This document shows, in pieces, positions 63,369-64,000 of a stretch of DNA of 64,000 nucleotides. A program made the position numbers and the translations under genes. Location of the stretch: contig JALMLS010000612.1 in NCBI GenBank assembly GCA_038496445.1, forward strand, positions 496,001 to 560,000, given 5' to 3'. Numbering within the stretch: the first letter of the stretch is position 1; every line of letters begins with the position of its first letter. This DNA is from Trichosphaerium sp. ATCC 40318 (Eukaryota; Protista; Tubulinea). Under the pieces are notes generated by a model that saw nothing but the letters and a program-made list of their open reading frames with translations, did not search any database and was not told the DNA's origin.

Positions 63369-64000
63369 TTACCACCAGAAATTGCTGTCATTAAAGAAGT
63401 TATCTCTTCGTCTACCAAACGGATACATATCTTGTTGTCTAAATTGAGGTGCCCTTCTTACTTTAGGAATTGTTACACGTATATTACCTCCCTTGTCTAA
63501 AAAAATCAAAGATGTCAGCCACAACTGTTAAATTTTGGGGCATGCCAACCCAGAACGTACATGTTGCTGTTATTTCTGATGCATTGCAATCATCGGGTAC
63601 ATAATATGACTTTGTAAATGACCCAAAGCGCCCTGAACCAAGACGTAACATCAACTAAACAAAACCATTAACCAGCTGTTTTGGTGAGTCCTTTATCAGT
63701 ACCTCATCATCTTCTATGTCGTCTATATCGTACATAGATCCTTCCCTAACTTGTCTTATTTTCTGTTTCATAAGTGCTATATCACGTGGGGTAGGTCCAC
63801 GGAATCCCTACATTAAACGTCAATGAAAAACAATGCCGAAAAGAGACTCACCTTAATTACAAGTGTATCGCCCTTTTCTGTCAATGTAATTGACATATCT
63901 TCATCCGATACACCTGGTACATATCCTGTAATAACATATGCGCCTGTCTGTTCTCTAACCTAAACTCATCGTTAAAACTAAAAGTGGTCTAACTATGCAA
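63369..64000 (-). CDS. HSP20/alpha-crystallin domain protein, 3' part
   Basis: DVPGVSDEDMSITL..TLVIKG, RFGSFTKSYYVPDD, GNIRVTIPK. Confidence 0.75.

Noticed and set aside
1-64000. CRISPR arrays, tRNA genes, autonomous transposase or RT ORFs, non-standard genetic code
   Set aside because: None seen; apparent in-frame stops in intact genes resolve as short introns

Overview
Gene-dense, AT-rich nuclear DNA of a microbial eukaryote. It uses the standard code, has many short (about 35-60 nt) spliceosomal introns and several tight head-to-head gene pairs. The 5S rRNA resembles amoebozoan 5S as I recall it, so Amoebozoa is my inference for the lineage. About 30 protein genes can be reconstructed by hand across introns: SGNH hydrolase (3' end), class B HAD acid phosphatase, a two-blade kelch surface protein, RPL17, ABCE1, transketolase, mitochondrial intermediate peptidase, an aldehyde oxidase/XDH, a 13-repeat Cys-rich protein, a ricin-B lectin, MYND and SET-MYND proteins, a short alpha-actinin, TRAPPC2L, dolichol kinase, LPCAT, AP-2 mu, PhyH, NTF2, malectin, an ALDC-like protein, PYURF-like, an RRM protein, a Rab, pyrophosphatase and an HSP20 (3' end). 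The most notable observations are (1) a complete 5S rRNA gene nested sense-strand in an ABCE1 intron; (2) an inverted pair of F-box-PPP pseudophosphatase genes, one interrupted by a TIR element carrying telomere-like hairpins and the other patched with a captured piece of the SET-MYND gene; (3) a Rab with an N-terminal MGxxCC acylation motif, no prenylation tail and a U12-type intron; (4) a MITE, a tiny polyA/TSD retro-insertion, a fold-back copy of TRAPPC2L exon 1, and a weak candidate Pol III small RNA. Exon boundaries were inferred by eye and family calls come from recognised motifs, not database searches.
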